NCBI GenBank assembly: GCA_034428635.1
Contig: DAOUHR010000157.1
Coordinates: 1 to 63,495, forward strand
Reading direction: 5' to 3'
From: Dehalococcoidia bacterium
GTDB lineage: Bacteria; Chloroflexota; Dehalococcoidia; Lucifugimonadales; UBA3495
Length of the DNA stretch: 63,495 nucleotides
The position numbers were made by a program, and so were the translations under genes. The notes below the pieces were generated by a model. It made no database searches. It was not told the DNA's origin and saw only the letters and a list, made by a program, of their open reading frames with translations. Position 1 is the stretch's first letter. Every line of letters starts with the position of its first letter. Shown one piece after another: positions 54,351-62,780 of the stretch.

Positions 54351-55985
54351 ATGGTAGAAGCGAAGAGTCACACAGCCACAAATGGCAGTAGTCCGCTGGG
54401 CAATGTAGAGCAGTTCGATGCTATAGTAATCGGCGCCGGCGTCACCGGTTTGTACCAGACGTACTGCCTCCGGAACATCGGCATGTCCGTCCGTGTCTTT
54501 GAGGATGGAGACGGCGTCGGCGGCACCTGGTACTGGAACCGTTACCCGGGCGCCCGGTTCGACTCGGAAAGTTACACCTACGGTTACTCCTTCTCCAAAG
54601 AATTGCTGCAGGAGTGGGACTGGAAGGAACTCTACTCCGGCCAGCCCGAAAACGAACGCTACCTGAATTACGTGGCCGACAAGTTCGACCTGAGACGCTA
54701 CATCCGCTTCAATTCCCGGGTGGCCGACTGCACCTTCGAGGAGGACCGAAACACCTGGCTGGTAACCATCGCCGACGGCCACCGGGCCCGCGCCCCCTTC
54801 CTGGTAACGGCGGTGGGCCTGCTTTCCGCACACTACATCCCTGACTTCGAGGGCCTCGAGACATTCCAGGGCCAATGGTGCCACCCTGGTCGCTGGCCGA
54901 AGGAAGGAATGGACCTGGCCGGCAAGCGAGTTGGCGTCGTAGGCACCGGCGCCACGGCGGTCCAGCTGATTACCGAAATAGCCAAAGAGGTGGGTCACCT
55001 GACCGTGTTCCAGCGCACCCCCAACTTCTGCGCGCCCCTGCGCAACCGGCCCATCACCGACGAAATGATGCAGGAAATCAGGGACAACTATCCCGAGATT
55101 TTCCGTCGCTGCAACGAAACCGCCGGGTCCTTCATGCACCTGTTCGACCCTCGTTCCGCCCTGGATGTTTCGCCTGAAGAAAGGCAGGAACAGTACGAGC
55201 GGCTGTGGCAGGAACCCGGCTTTTCCAAGTGGCTGTCCAATTTCTACGACGTAATGCTCCCTGGCGAGGCCAACGAGGACTACGCCGAATTCGTCCGCAG
55301 CAAGATCCGCGAGCGCGTCCACGACCCGGAAGTGGCAGAAATGCTGGTGCCCAAGGACCACATGTTCGGCTCCAAGCGCCTGCCCTGCGAGAGCGGCTAC
55401 TACGAGGTCTACAACCGGGACAACGTTAAGCTGGTCGACGTCAGGAAGGCGCCCATCCAGCGTATAACCCCCACCGGCCTTCAAACTGCCGATGCCGAGT
55501 ACGAACTTGACGTCATCATCTTCGCCACTGGCTACGACGCGGTTACCGGGTCTCTCAACCGAATCAATGTCCGGGGAATCGGCGGACAGCTCTTGACGGA
55601 CAAGTTTGCCAACGGGCCCCGAACTTACCTGGGCATCCAGAGCAGCGGTTTCCCCAACATGTTCACCATCAACTCCGCATCCGTCGGCAACTTCGTCCGG
55701 GCTGCCGAACCCCTGGTGGAATGGGTTACCGAGTGCATCCGCTACGTCCGCGAGAACGAATACGTCCGCATTTCGCCAACCGTGGAGGCCGAGGACGAGT
55801 GGGTCAACCACGTTAACGAGGAAGGCTCCAAGATTCTCCGCTCCCAGGCCAACTCCTGGTACGTGGGGGCCAACATCCCCGGCAAGGCCCGCGCCCTGCT
55901 CACCAGCCCCGACACCGCCCCCATAATGCGGGCCAAGCGCACCGATGTTGCCGCCAATGGGTACGAGGGTTTCCTGCTGGAGTAA
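54351..55985 (+). CDS. Type I Baeyer-Villiger monooxygenase (cyclohexanone monooxygenase family)
   Basis: GAGVTG, GGTWYWNRYPGARFD, fingerprint FQGQWCHPGRWP, GTGATA, FQRTP, SKRLP, ATGYD. Confidence 0.95.
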   Translation: MVEAKSHTATNGSSPLGNVEQFDAIVIGAGVTGLYQTYCLRNIGMSVRVFEDGDGVGGTWYWNRYPGARFDSESYTYGYSFSKELLQEWDWKELYSGQPENERYLNYVADKFDLRRYIRFNSRVADCTFEEDRNTWLVTIADGHRARAPFLVTAVGLLSAHYIPDFEGLETFQGQWCHPGRWPKEGMDLAGKRVGVVGTGATAVQLITEIAKEVGHLTVFQRTPNFCAPLRNRPITDEMMQEIRDNYPEIFRRCNETAGSFMHLFDPRSALDVSPEERQEQYERLWQEPGFSKWLSNFYDVMLPGEANEDYAEFVRSKIRERVHDPEVAEMLVPKDHMFGSKRLPCESGYYEVYNRDNVKLVDVRKAPIQRITPTGLQTADAEYELDVIIFATGYDAVTGSLNRINVRGIGGQLLTDKFANGPRTYLGIQSSGFPNMFTINSASVGNFVRAAEPLVEWVTECIRYVRENEYVRISPTVEAEDEWVNHVNEEGSKILRSQANSWYVGANIPGKARALLTSPDTAPIMRAKRTDVAANGYEGFLLE

Positions 55986-56131
55986 GTTCAAAGCCGACTT
56001 GAACTTAACACGGTCAAGGAACCTTCCCCAGACCACCTGCCAGGCGATGACTGCAGAGTGACACCGGCGGTGAAAGGCTTTCCGAGGGACCGTTGCAGAT
56101 TGGGAAGGAATGCGCGGAGGGGATTGGTGTA

Positions 56132-56602
56132 ATGGGAAGATGCGGAAGAACCACCGGCGGTCAATGGGCCTTCACCATAGTCTTGGCGTTGATCATACTG
56201 GCTGCGGCCGCCTGCACCGGCACTGAGACTGTGGTGACAGAGACGCCAACGCCATCAGTCGTGGAACAGGTTCCAGCCCCCGTCTCCAACTTGTCCGACA
56301 CTGCTCAAGCTGGCGAGCAACTGTTCAATACCAATTGCTCCGCCTGTCATGGATTAAGCGCCGTCGGCACAACCCTCGGCCCGCCTCTAATTCACCGCGT
56401 TTACCACCCCGGCCATCACCCGGACTTCAGCATCCGTAACGCCGTCGCCCAGGGCGTCCCCCAACACCACTGGCCCTTTGGCGACATGGCCCCCGTCCCA
56501 GGCGTGGAAGCTCAGGACGTGGAAAACATCATCTGCTACATTCGCGAAACCCAACGCTCCGCAGGCATATTTGACGGCGATGACTTCGGGACCGTGTGCT
56601 GA
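56132..56602 (+). CDS. Membrane-anchored (lipoprotein) class I cytochrome c
   Basis: Lipobox LAAAAC, CSACH, HHPD, HHWPFGDMAP. Start at ATG 56132. Confidence 0.85.
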   Translation: MGRCGRTTGGQWAFTIVLALIILAAAACTGTETVVTETPTPSVVEQVPAPVSNLSDTAQAGEQLFNTNCSACHGLSAVGTTLGPPLIHRVYHPGHHPDFSIRNAVAQGVPQHHWPFGDMAPVPGVEAQDVENIICYIRETQRSAGIFDGDDFGTVC

Positions 56603-56745
56603 GGTAGGTCTTATGTGCCGGTTTCCCTGATGACTGTGGAATGTTCGAGGGCTTGCCAAAGTTCCCGCAGCTCGCATTGGCGCGCCGGCGCAAGGGGCGA
56701 CACGGATGGGTAAGGGAAGAGGTAAAGCGGGAAGGCACAAAAGAG

Positions 56746-56817
56746 TGGGCCCGGCTGGGTTCGAACCAGCGACCTACCGGTTATGAGCCGGTTGCTCTTC
56801 CACTGAGCTACAGGCCC
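56746..56817 (-). tRNA. tRNA-Ile2 (CAT, lysidine type) most likely; elongator Met not excluded
   Basis: GGGCCTGTAGCTCAGTGGAAGAGCAACCGG-CTCATAA-CCGGT...GGGCCCA; A38 loop and acceptor stem fit Ile2; CCA not encoded. Confidence 0.85.
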
Positions 56818-56828
56818 TCCATCTATCC

Positions 56829-56857
56829 AGCTTAAAGAGGGCTGGGTATGGTGTCAA
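56829..56857 (-). promoter_or_regulatory. Sigma70 promoter for tRNA-Ile2
   Basis: Minus strand TTGACA (56857-56852), 17 nt spacer, TAAGCT (56834-56829). Confidence 0.6.
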
Positions 56858-56902
56858 GAACGCTAAATGGACTGGCCTTCCTGCCCCTTGTCCAGACCGA
56901 AC

Positions 56903-58258
56903 CTACACCAGCCCCAACTTCTGCAGGTAGTCCGGGTCGTAGTCCGCCAGCAACCCCAACTCCACCGCCCGGGAAGGCTCCATTTGGGGCGAAGCCTCGC
57001 CGCTGGTGGGCGTAGTCGTGATGATGGTCTCATCCAGCAGGCCCTGGTAGGTGGCTTCGTCCAGCGCCAGCAACTCCTTCAACATCTCCTCGTTATTCTG
57101 CCCGAACCTGGGGCCGGGGCCCTTTATGGACATGGGAGTGTTGCTGTACTTGTAAGGACGCCCCATCAGGAACCTGCTGCCCACGCCTCGTTCTTCCGGA
57201 AAATCCACCCGCTCCAGGAAGCCCCGGTGCTTGTAGTGCGGATCGTAATGGATATCCCGGCCCGTCAACACCGGGCCAGAGGGAATACCCGCTCCCTGCA
57301 ACCGGTGCATCAACTCGTACTTGTCCGTGGTTGCGGTCCACTTCCCAATGATCTCGTCCGCCTCGTCGTGATTCCGGCGGCGGGACAGAATATCGGCAAA
57401 ACGTGCGTCCGAAGCCAGTTCCTCCTTCCCCATCAACTGGCACAAGGCCTGCCATTCCTCGTCGCTTCCCACCGACAAGGTAATCCACTGGTCCTTGCCC
57501 AGCGCCGGATAACATCCCTGCGGCGCCCGGTAGGGGTGGCGGTTGCCCATCCTGCCGCCCTCCCTGCCGTTAATGTTGGCGTCCATCAGGTACTCGGACA
57601 GGAACATCACCCCGGCCTGGTACATGGCAATGTCAATCCACTGCCCCCTGCCCGTCCGGTTGCGGTAGCGCAGAGCCGCGCCCAGGGCGAAAACCGCGCT
57701 CCAAGTGGACAGAAAGTCCACAAAGGACGCCCCTGCCTTGGCCGGTTCGCCGTCCAGGTACCCCGTCACCCAGCAGTGGCCGTGGGTCCCTTCCTGCGTG
57801 GTAGCCTGGGCTGGGTAGCCCGAGTAGGGCCCTTCGCCGTGCCCGTAGCCGGTATTGGAGACCAGGATAATGTCCGGCTTGATCTTCCGCAGATTGGGAT
57901 AGTCCAGGTTCCAGCGGCGCATCACCCGCGGCGTGAAGTTCTCCATCACCACGTCGCTGACCGCTACCATTTCCCGGAACAGGTCCCGTCCCCGCTCGTC
58001 CCCCATGTCCAGCACCAGCGACTTCTTGCCCCGGTTCAATAGGTTGTATGTGGAGGGCTTGTTCCACCACTCTTCACCGGCCTGGTTTTCCGGAAAAGAC
58101 CCGGCATAGCCGCCGGTACGCGTAACATCCGGTCGGCCCGGCCCCTCAATCTTGATGACCTCGGCCCCCAAGTCTGCCAGGTGGCCGCCGGCATAGGGCA
58201 ACGCAAAAACGTACGTGGAGTCCAGGATGCGGATCCCTTCCAGGGGAAGTCTGGGCAT
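56903..58258 (-). CDS. Family III CoA-transferase, catalytic Asp present
   Basis: PLEGIRILD, LGAEVIKIE, NRGKKSLVLD, GASFVDF, GPRFGQNN. Confidence 0.92.
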   Translation of the reverse strand: MPRLPLEGIRILDSTYVFALPYAGGHLADLGAEVIKIEGPGRPDVTRTGGYAGSFPENQAGEEWWNKPSTYNLLNRGKKSLVLDMGDERGRDLFREMVAVSDVVMENFTPRVMRRWNLDYPNLRKIKPDIILVSNTGYGHGEGPYSGYPAQATTQEGTHGHCWVTGYLDGEPAKAGASFVDFLSTWSAVFALGAALRYRNRTGRGQWIDIAMYQAGVMFLSEYLMDANINGREGGRMGNRHPYRAPQGCYPALGKDQWITLSVGSDEEWQALCQLMGKEELASDARFADILSRRRNHDEADEIIGKWTATTDKYELMHRLQGAGIPSGPVLTGRDIHYDPHYKHRGFLERVDFPEERGVGSRFLMGRPYKYSNTPMSIKGPGPRFGQNNEEMLKELLALDEATYQGLLDETIITTTPTSGEASPQMEPSRAVELGLLADYDPDYLQKLGLV

Positions 58259-58441
58259 TGTGGAGTTACCTCTTCAACAAATATGTGGGGTCTTCGTTTG
58301 GAAACCGACTCTGCATCGTTGCGCCTGGAAAGTGCCGAATTGGGGCGTAAGAGACTCCACTGCTATCTTGTTTCAACCGGCAGGCCCCCGCCAGGGTTCT
58401 TATGGGAAGGAGATAAGGCAAAGGTTTCCTAGATGCGGAAC

Positions 58442-59630
58442 TTACCGGAGGGGTGGCGCGTAGATCAAGCCCCCGTCATTCCACAGGTTGTTGAGTCCTC
58501 GCGGGAGAGTAAAGGACTCGCCCTGGGGTCCCATGTAACGGTCATAGACATCACCGTAATTGCCAACCGACTTGATAACGTCGACGGCAAAGTCTTTCCC
58601 CAGTCCCAGGGTGGCCTGACCAAAATCTCCCTCAGCGCCCAGCATTCGCCTCACCCCAATGTCGTCGCTGTTCCGCATCTCCTCCACATTCGCCCGGGTT
58701 ACACCCAGCTCTTCTGCGTTTATCAGCACGTAAAACACCGTTCTCACCTGGGCAGCCCACATGGCATCGCCGCAGGGGACCATGGGTGACAGGGGCTTCT
58801 TGGAAATCGTCTCCGGGAAAATTATGTGTGCCTCAGGATCTGCAAACGCGCTGCGAACACTCGCAAGTTGCGATCTGTCTATGGTAGTGGCTTCGCAGAT
58901 TCCCTCTTCGTAAGCCTGGTAGGTTTCCGACGTTTCCTCATAGCTGATGATGTCCAGCTTCAGGTTGTTTTGCCGGAAGAAATCCGCCAGGTTCAGCTTC
59001 GTGGTAGTGCCCTCGGCCACGCAGACGGTGGATCCGTCCAATTCCAGGGCGCTGGCTACGCCAAGGGACTTTGGCGCCATGAAACCTGGCCCGTCGTAGA
59101 ACATAATCACTGTATAGTCTCCCCACTGGGCTTCGCGCGTGCTAGTGGGCGTCGTCAAAAGCCGAGTTTCGTCTTTCCGGCGAAAGCCGGAATCCAGATC
59201 CGGCATGTTGATGGGTAATATGCTCCGCGATATACCAAAGTCCTGGTAAAACGCCTGTTATACCCGATACCTAACCGGCAGTAATGGCTAATTTGACGAC
59301 ACCCCTTAGTCCAGGTAGTGGTTCGCGACAGAACTCAATCTCGCCAGCCTGGAAGAGTGGACCCCTTTCCGCATAGGAGATGTGCTGTATCTCCAACGCG
59401 GTGGGGTCGCCGAATATGGCGGCGGCAACAGCCCGGCACATATCCACGTCAACCCCCCTGGTATTGCCGGCCGGATCAATAAACCCGAATCCGGGCAGGT
59501 CGGCCTGCATGGCGCAATGTAGATTGCCTCTTGCCTTTACCGTTTCGAGGCGCGAGAAGCCCCGGTCTGTCTCTCCACCGTCACTGTTTTGTGAATCGCA
59601 GCCAGTTACCAGGGATAGCAATAAGCTCAA
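58442..59630 (-). pseudogene. Amino-acid ABC transporter substrate-binding lipoprotein (AapJ/BztA-like), disrupted by a 1-nt deletion and a MITE insertion
   Basis: 5' part RLETVKARGNLHC...GVDVDMCRAVAAAIFGD...GEI, then frameshifted VLSRTTTWT, the insertion, then STREAQWG...FYDG.GFM...GGLIYAPPLR. Confidence 0.85.
59146..59306. mobile_element. ~160-bp MITE with imperfect 13-14 bp terminal inverted repeats and a duplicated target
   Basis: Ends GGGCGTCGTCAAA / TTTGACGACACCC (12/13 match); TAGT duplicated at 59143-59146 and 59307-59310; carries a family-A repeat at 59170-59197. Confidence 0.8.
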
Positions 59631-59847
59631 CGCAGTCAGGAAAAAGAGCGGCCTTATTAACCCCAGGGTTACGGTTTTCGTTCCTTCGCTGGTAATGCCC
59701 TAAATCACGTTCAACTGTCGCAATCGCGTAAACTGCCCGTCGTCATACCCCAGCCCATCCAAGTATATCTCCCGATTGTGCCGGCCCATGGTAGGCGCGC
59801 GGCAGGCCAGGTCCCTGACAATGCGCCCAGTTGGGTTGCATCACAAT

Positions 59848-60387
59848 TTATTCGTTCGGCCGTTGATTCTGTCCGGATTCCCGGGCCTCATCGTCCAAAA
59901 GTTGCAGCAATTCCTCGCGACTGAACCTGACTTCCGAAGAATCGGACTCGTTTCGGTTCAATTGGTCTATCATTTGGATGAGTGTTTCCTTGGCGCGTTC
60001 ATAGGCTAATTCCCTCGCGCGGGCTTCAACCGTTTCCATGGCCCGGGCTTCCGCGCGTGCCTCGGCCTCCCTTACTCTGCGATCCTCTCGTTCCTGCGCC
60101 TTTCTGCGAATCACATCTGCCAGAGTCACGATTACCTCCTTGAAATATAGAACTGCCCAGGTCGTCAGTCCGGCTGCCACGTAGCCGGTGACTATGTCAG
60201 TGGCTATTCGGTAGAGGAGTGGATCTTCCGGCGCCGGTCCTGGCCCTCCGTTTAATCGGTCCAGGGTGTTGACCACGGCTACGACGGTTCCGCCCACGAT
60301 AGTCAAGGTCTGAAACCAAGGACGATCCGCCGGCTTGATTCCCCAGAGGGTTTCCCGCGGATCTTCCGGTCTCTGCGCTTGTACCAT
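59848..60387 (-). CDS. Hypothetical membrane protein with charged coiled-coil tail
   Basis: 179-aa ORF, two hydrophobic segments, then EAEARAEARAMETVEARARE; no family I recognise. Confidence 0.55.
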   Translation of the reverse strand: MVQAQRPEDPRETLWGIKPADRPWFQTLTIVGGTVVAVVNTLDRLNGGPGPAPEDPLLYRIATDIVTGYVAAGLTTWAVLYFKEVIVTLADVIRRKAQEREDRRVREAEARAEARAMETVEARARELAYERAKETLIQMIDQLNRNESDSSEVRFSREELLQLLDDEARESGQNQRPNE

Positions 60388-60447
60388 TGTCTCCCTGGCG
60401 AATTTGCTACTACTTCAACCTATTGGGATGCACCATTATACTTTAGC

Positions 60448-61641
60448 CTAAATCACCCCCAACTGCCTCAGTCGTACAAATTCCTCTCCGTCATACTCCA
60501 GGCCGTCAACGTAAATCTCCCGGTTGTGCTGGCCCAGGGTTGGGGCGGACCTTTCCAGCTGGTACGGGGTCTCGCTCAGCTTGAACAGTTCGGCCGGTAC
60601 CTTCACCTTGCCCATCACCGGATGCTCCACTTCGCGGAAGAAGTTTCGGGATTCCAGCTGCGGGCAGTCCACCAGTTCCGATGGGGTCTGCACCAGGCCG
60701 AACAGCATGCGGTACTCCGCTGCCTTGGGGAAAAGGTCCCATTTGCTCCGTTCCTTGATCGACTCAATCACTATCCGGTCCAGTTCCTCGCCGTTCACGG
60801 CCCGCTGTGCCCGGTCGGCAAACCGCTCCTCCAGCATTTCCGGGCACTGGAAAAACTCGGCCAGGTCTTCCCATGACGCGCCCCCGCCGGTCTGGACAAT
60901 GATCCATCCATCCTCGCAGGGCATCGGGTGGCCGAACATGCTGCCGCTGGCCCGCCGCCGTATTTGTGTACCTCCCATAAACGGGTACATCGTCTGCGTG
61001 GCCATCATCGTCGACGCAATGCACTCGGTGATAGAGACGTCAATATGTTCCCCCTCACCGGTAAACTCGCTTCCAAACAGGGCCATGGCCGTGGTGGCGG
61101 CGGCGAACAGACCCCCCTCGTACTGGGCCTGGAAGCCTCCGTGCTTCAGCGGTTCCCGTCCCTGCACCCCGCTGATGCTCATGATCATGCCCATGGCGTA
61201 ATTGACGATCTCCTCGCCGCGATACTGGCTGTAGGGCCCTTCCTGCCCAAAGGGAGTGATCGAAGTCATCGTTAACGCAGGATTCAGGGACGTCAGGTCG
61301 TCGTACCCCAGCCCCAGCGAGTCCAGGTACCCTGGCCGGTAGGTCTCGACGATAACGTCAACGTGAGGTACCAGCCGCTTCAGTATCGCCTGGCCGGTAA
61401 CCGTTTCCAGGTTCAGCGTCGCGCCCTTCTTGTTCAGGTTCAGAACCAGGTAGAAAAGGCTCTTGTCGGGGTGTGGGTCGTCGTTGAAGAAGGGCCCCAT
61501 CCGACGCAGGGCCGCCCCTCCCGGTGGCTCCACCTTCAAAACGTCGGCGCCATAGTCCGCCAGCAGCCGCCCGCAAAAGGATCCGGCGATATCCTCGCTC
61601 AGGTCCAGGACTTTCACTCCTTCCAGCGCGCCGTTCAACAT
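60448..61641 (-). CDS. Family III CoA-transferase, catalytic Asp replaced (QAQY)
   Basis: Start reassigned to ATG 61641 (MLNGALEGVKVLDL). YGADVLKVE, NLNKKGATL, GGFQAQYEGG, APTLGQHN. Confidence 0.9.
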   Translation of the reverse strand: MLNGALEGVKVLDLSEDIAGSFCGRLLADYGADVLKVEPPGGAALRRMGPFFNDDPHPDKSLFYLVLNLNKKGATLNLETVTGQAILKRLVPHVDVIVETYRPGYLDSLGLGYDDLTSLNPALTMTSITPFGQEGPYSQYRGEEIVNYAMGMIMSISGVQGREPLKHGGFQAQYEGGLFAAATTAMALFGSEFTGEGEHIDVSITECIASTMMATQTMYPFMGGTQIRRRASGSMFGHPMPCEDGWIIVQTGGGASWEDLAEFFQCPEMLEERFADRAQRAVNGEELDRIVIESIKERSKWDLFPKAAEYRMLFGLVQTPSELVDCPQLESRNFFREVEHPVMGKVKVPAELFKLSETPYQLERSAPTLGQHNREIYVDGLEYDGEEFVRLRQLGVI

Positions 61642-61768
61642 TCCAGTTCGAAACTCCAGGTCGGCCATTTGAATGAAACGGATTTTAGCCCAACCACCGG
61701 GGTTAATCAAACGAACTTCGCGGGTAGGCAGCCATTCAATATTGACGGTTCGGTTCCGAACCGGGGCC

Positions 61769-61791
61769 GGGGCAAACCTGTGTGCCCGCCC
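61769..61791. repeat. REP-like family C degenerate copy
   Basis: ggggcaaacctgtgtgcccgccc, similar to 48436-48458. Confidence 0.5.
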
Positions 61792-61910
61792 CTATCCCCG
61801 GCAAAATTGCCTGAACGGGAACGCCTTGCCCTTCATTGACAGCCCGCTGTTGCACACCAGGCATGGGTGGTGAATAATGGGCCGGAACAAATTACAGCAA
61901 GGAGTTTTCC

Positions 61911-62696
61911 ATGCGTGAGAACCGCGTAAAACGGGTAATGCGCGAGGGTGGCCTGGCCCTCGGCACCTATGTAACCTTCGCCGATCCCCAGATTGTGGAA
62001 ATTATCGGTCTCGCTGGCTATGATGCCGCTTTCATAGACATGGAGCACACCGACTTTGACCTGCGGCTGGTGGGCGAAATGATCCGCGCCGCCGACCTGG
62101 CCGGCGTAACCTCGATTATCCGCGTACCGGACAATGACGAAAAGCTGATCCTGCGAATCCTCGACGCCGGGGCCGAGGGCATTATCGTCCCCCATGTTGA
62201 CGGTCTGGAGGGCGCGAAGAGGGCAGTGGACGCCGTGCGTTACGCTCCCCTCGGCCATCGCGGCGGCGCTGCCGGCACCCGCGCGGCAGCCTACGGCACC
62301 GTTTCCTGGGACGACCACTGCCGCCAGTCCAACGAGCAGATCCTGCTTTCGGTTATGACCGAGGACGAACGCGGCGTCAACGACATTGAGGCCATCGCGG
62401 CCCTTGAGGGCATTGACCTGGTCTCCATCGGCCCCACCGACTTCTCCGAGTTCATGGGCATCCGCGACCCCCAGAGCCCGGAACTGCGGGCCAAGCTGGA
62501 GGAACTGGCCGGTCGTATCAAGAGCATCGGCAAGGCCAGGATGCAGTTCCCCATGAACCATGCCGCCATGCCCCTGGGCCCGAAAGAACTGCAGGAACTG
62601 GGCGTTGGCTACACCCACGTAGCGCCCGCGCCGCCCGCCATTCTTCTGCGTTCCTTGCGCGAAAGAATGCAGACCATCAGGGAGGAAATTGGGTAG
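61911..62696 (+). CDS. HpcH/HpaI aldolase family protein
   Basis: GYDAAFIDMEH, IIRVP, LDAGAEGIIVPHV, RYAPLGHRG, VMTE, IGPTDFS. Confidence 0.9.
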   Translation: MRENRVKRVMREGGLALGTYVTFADPQIVEIIGLAGYDAAFIDMEHTDFDLRLVGEMIRAADLAGVTSIIRVPDNDEKLILRILDAGAEGIIVPHVDGLEGAKRAVDAVRYAPLGHRGGAAGTRAAAYGTVSWDDHCRQSNEQILLSVMTEDERGVNDIEAIAALEGIDLVSIGPTDFSEFMGIRDPQSPELRAKLEELAGRIKSIGKARMQFPMNHAAMPLGPKELQELGVGYTHVAPAPPAILLRSLRERMQTIREEIG

Positions 62697-62780
62697 GGCT
62701 AGCGACGGAAAGGCAAATTTCCAGGCCCGCTCGCAACCGACAGGGAGGGCCTGGACTATCTGATCGCCCCGCCTTGAACC

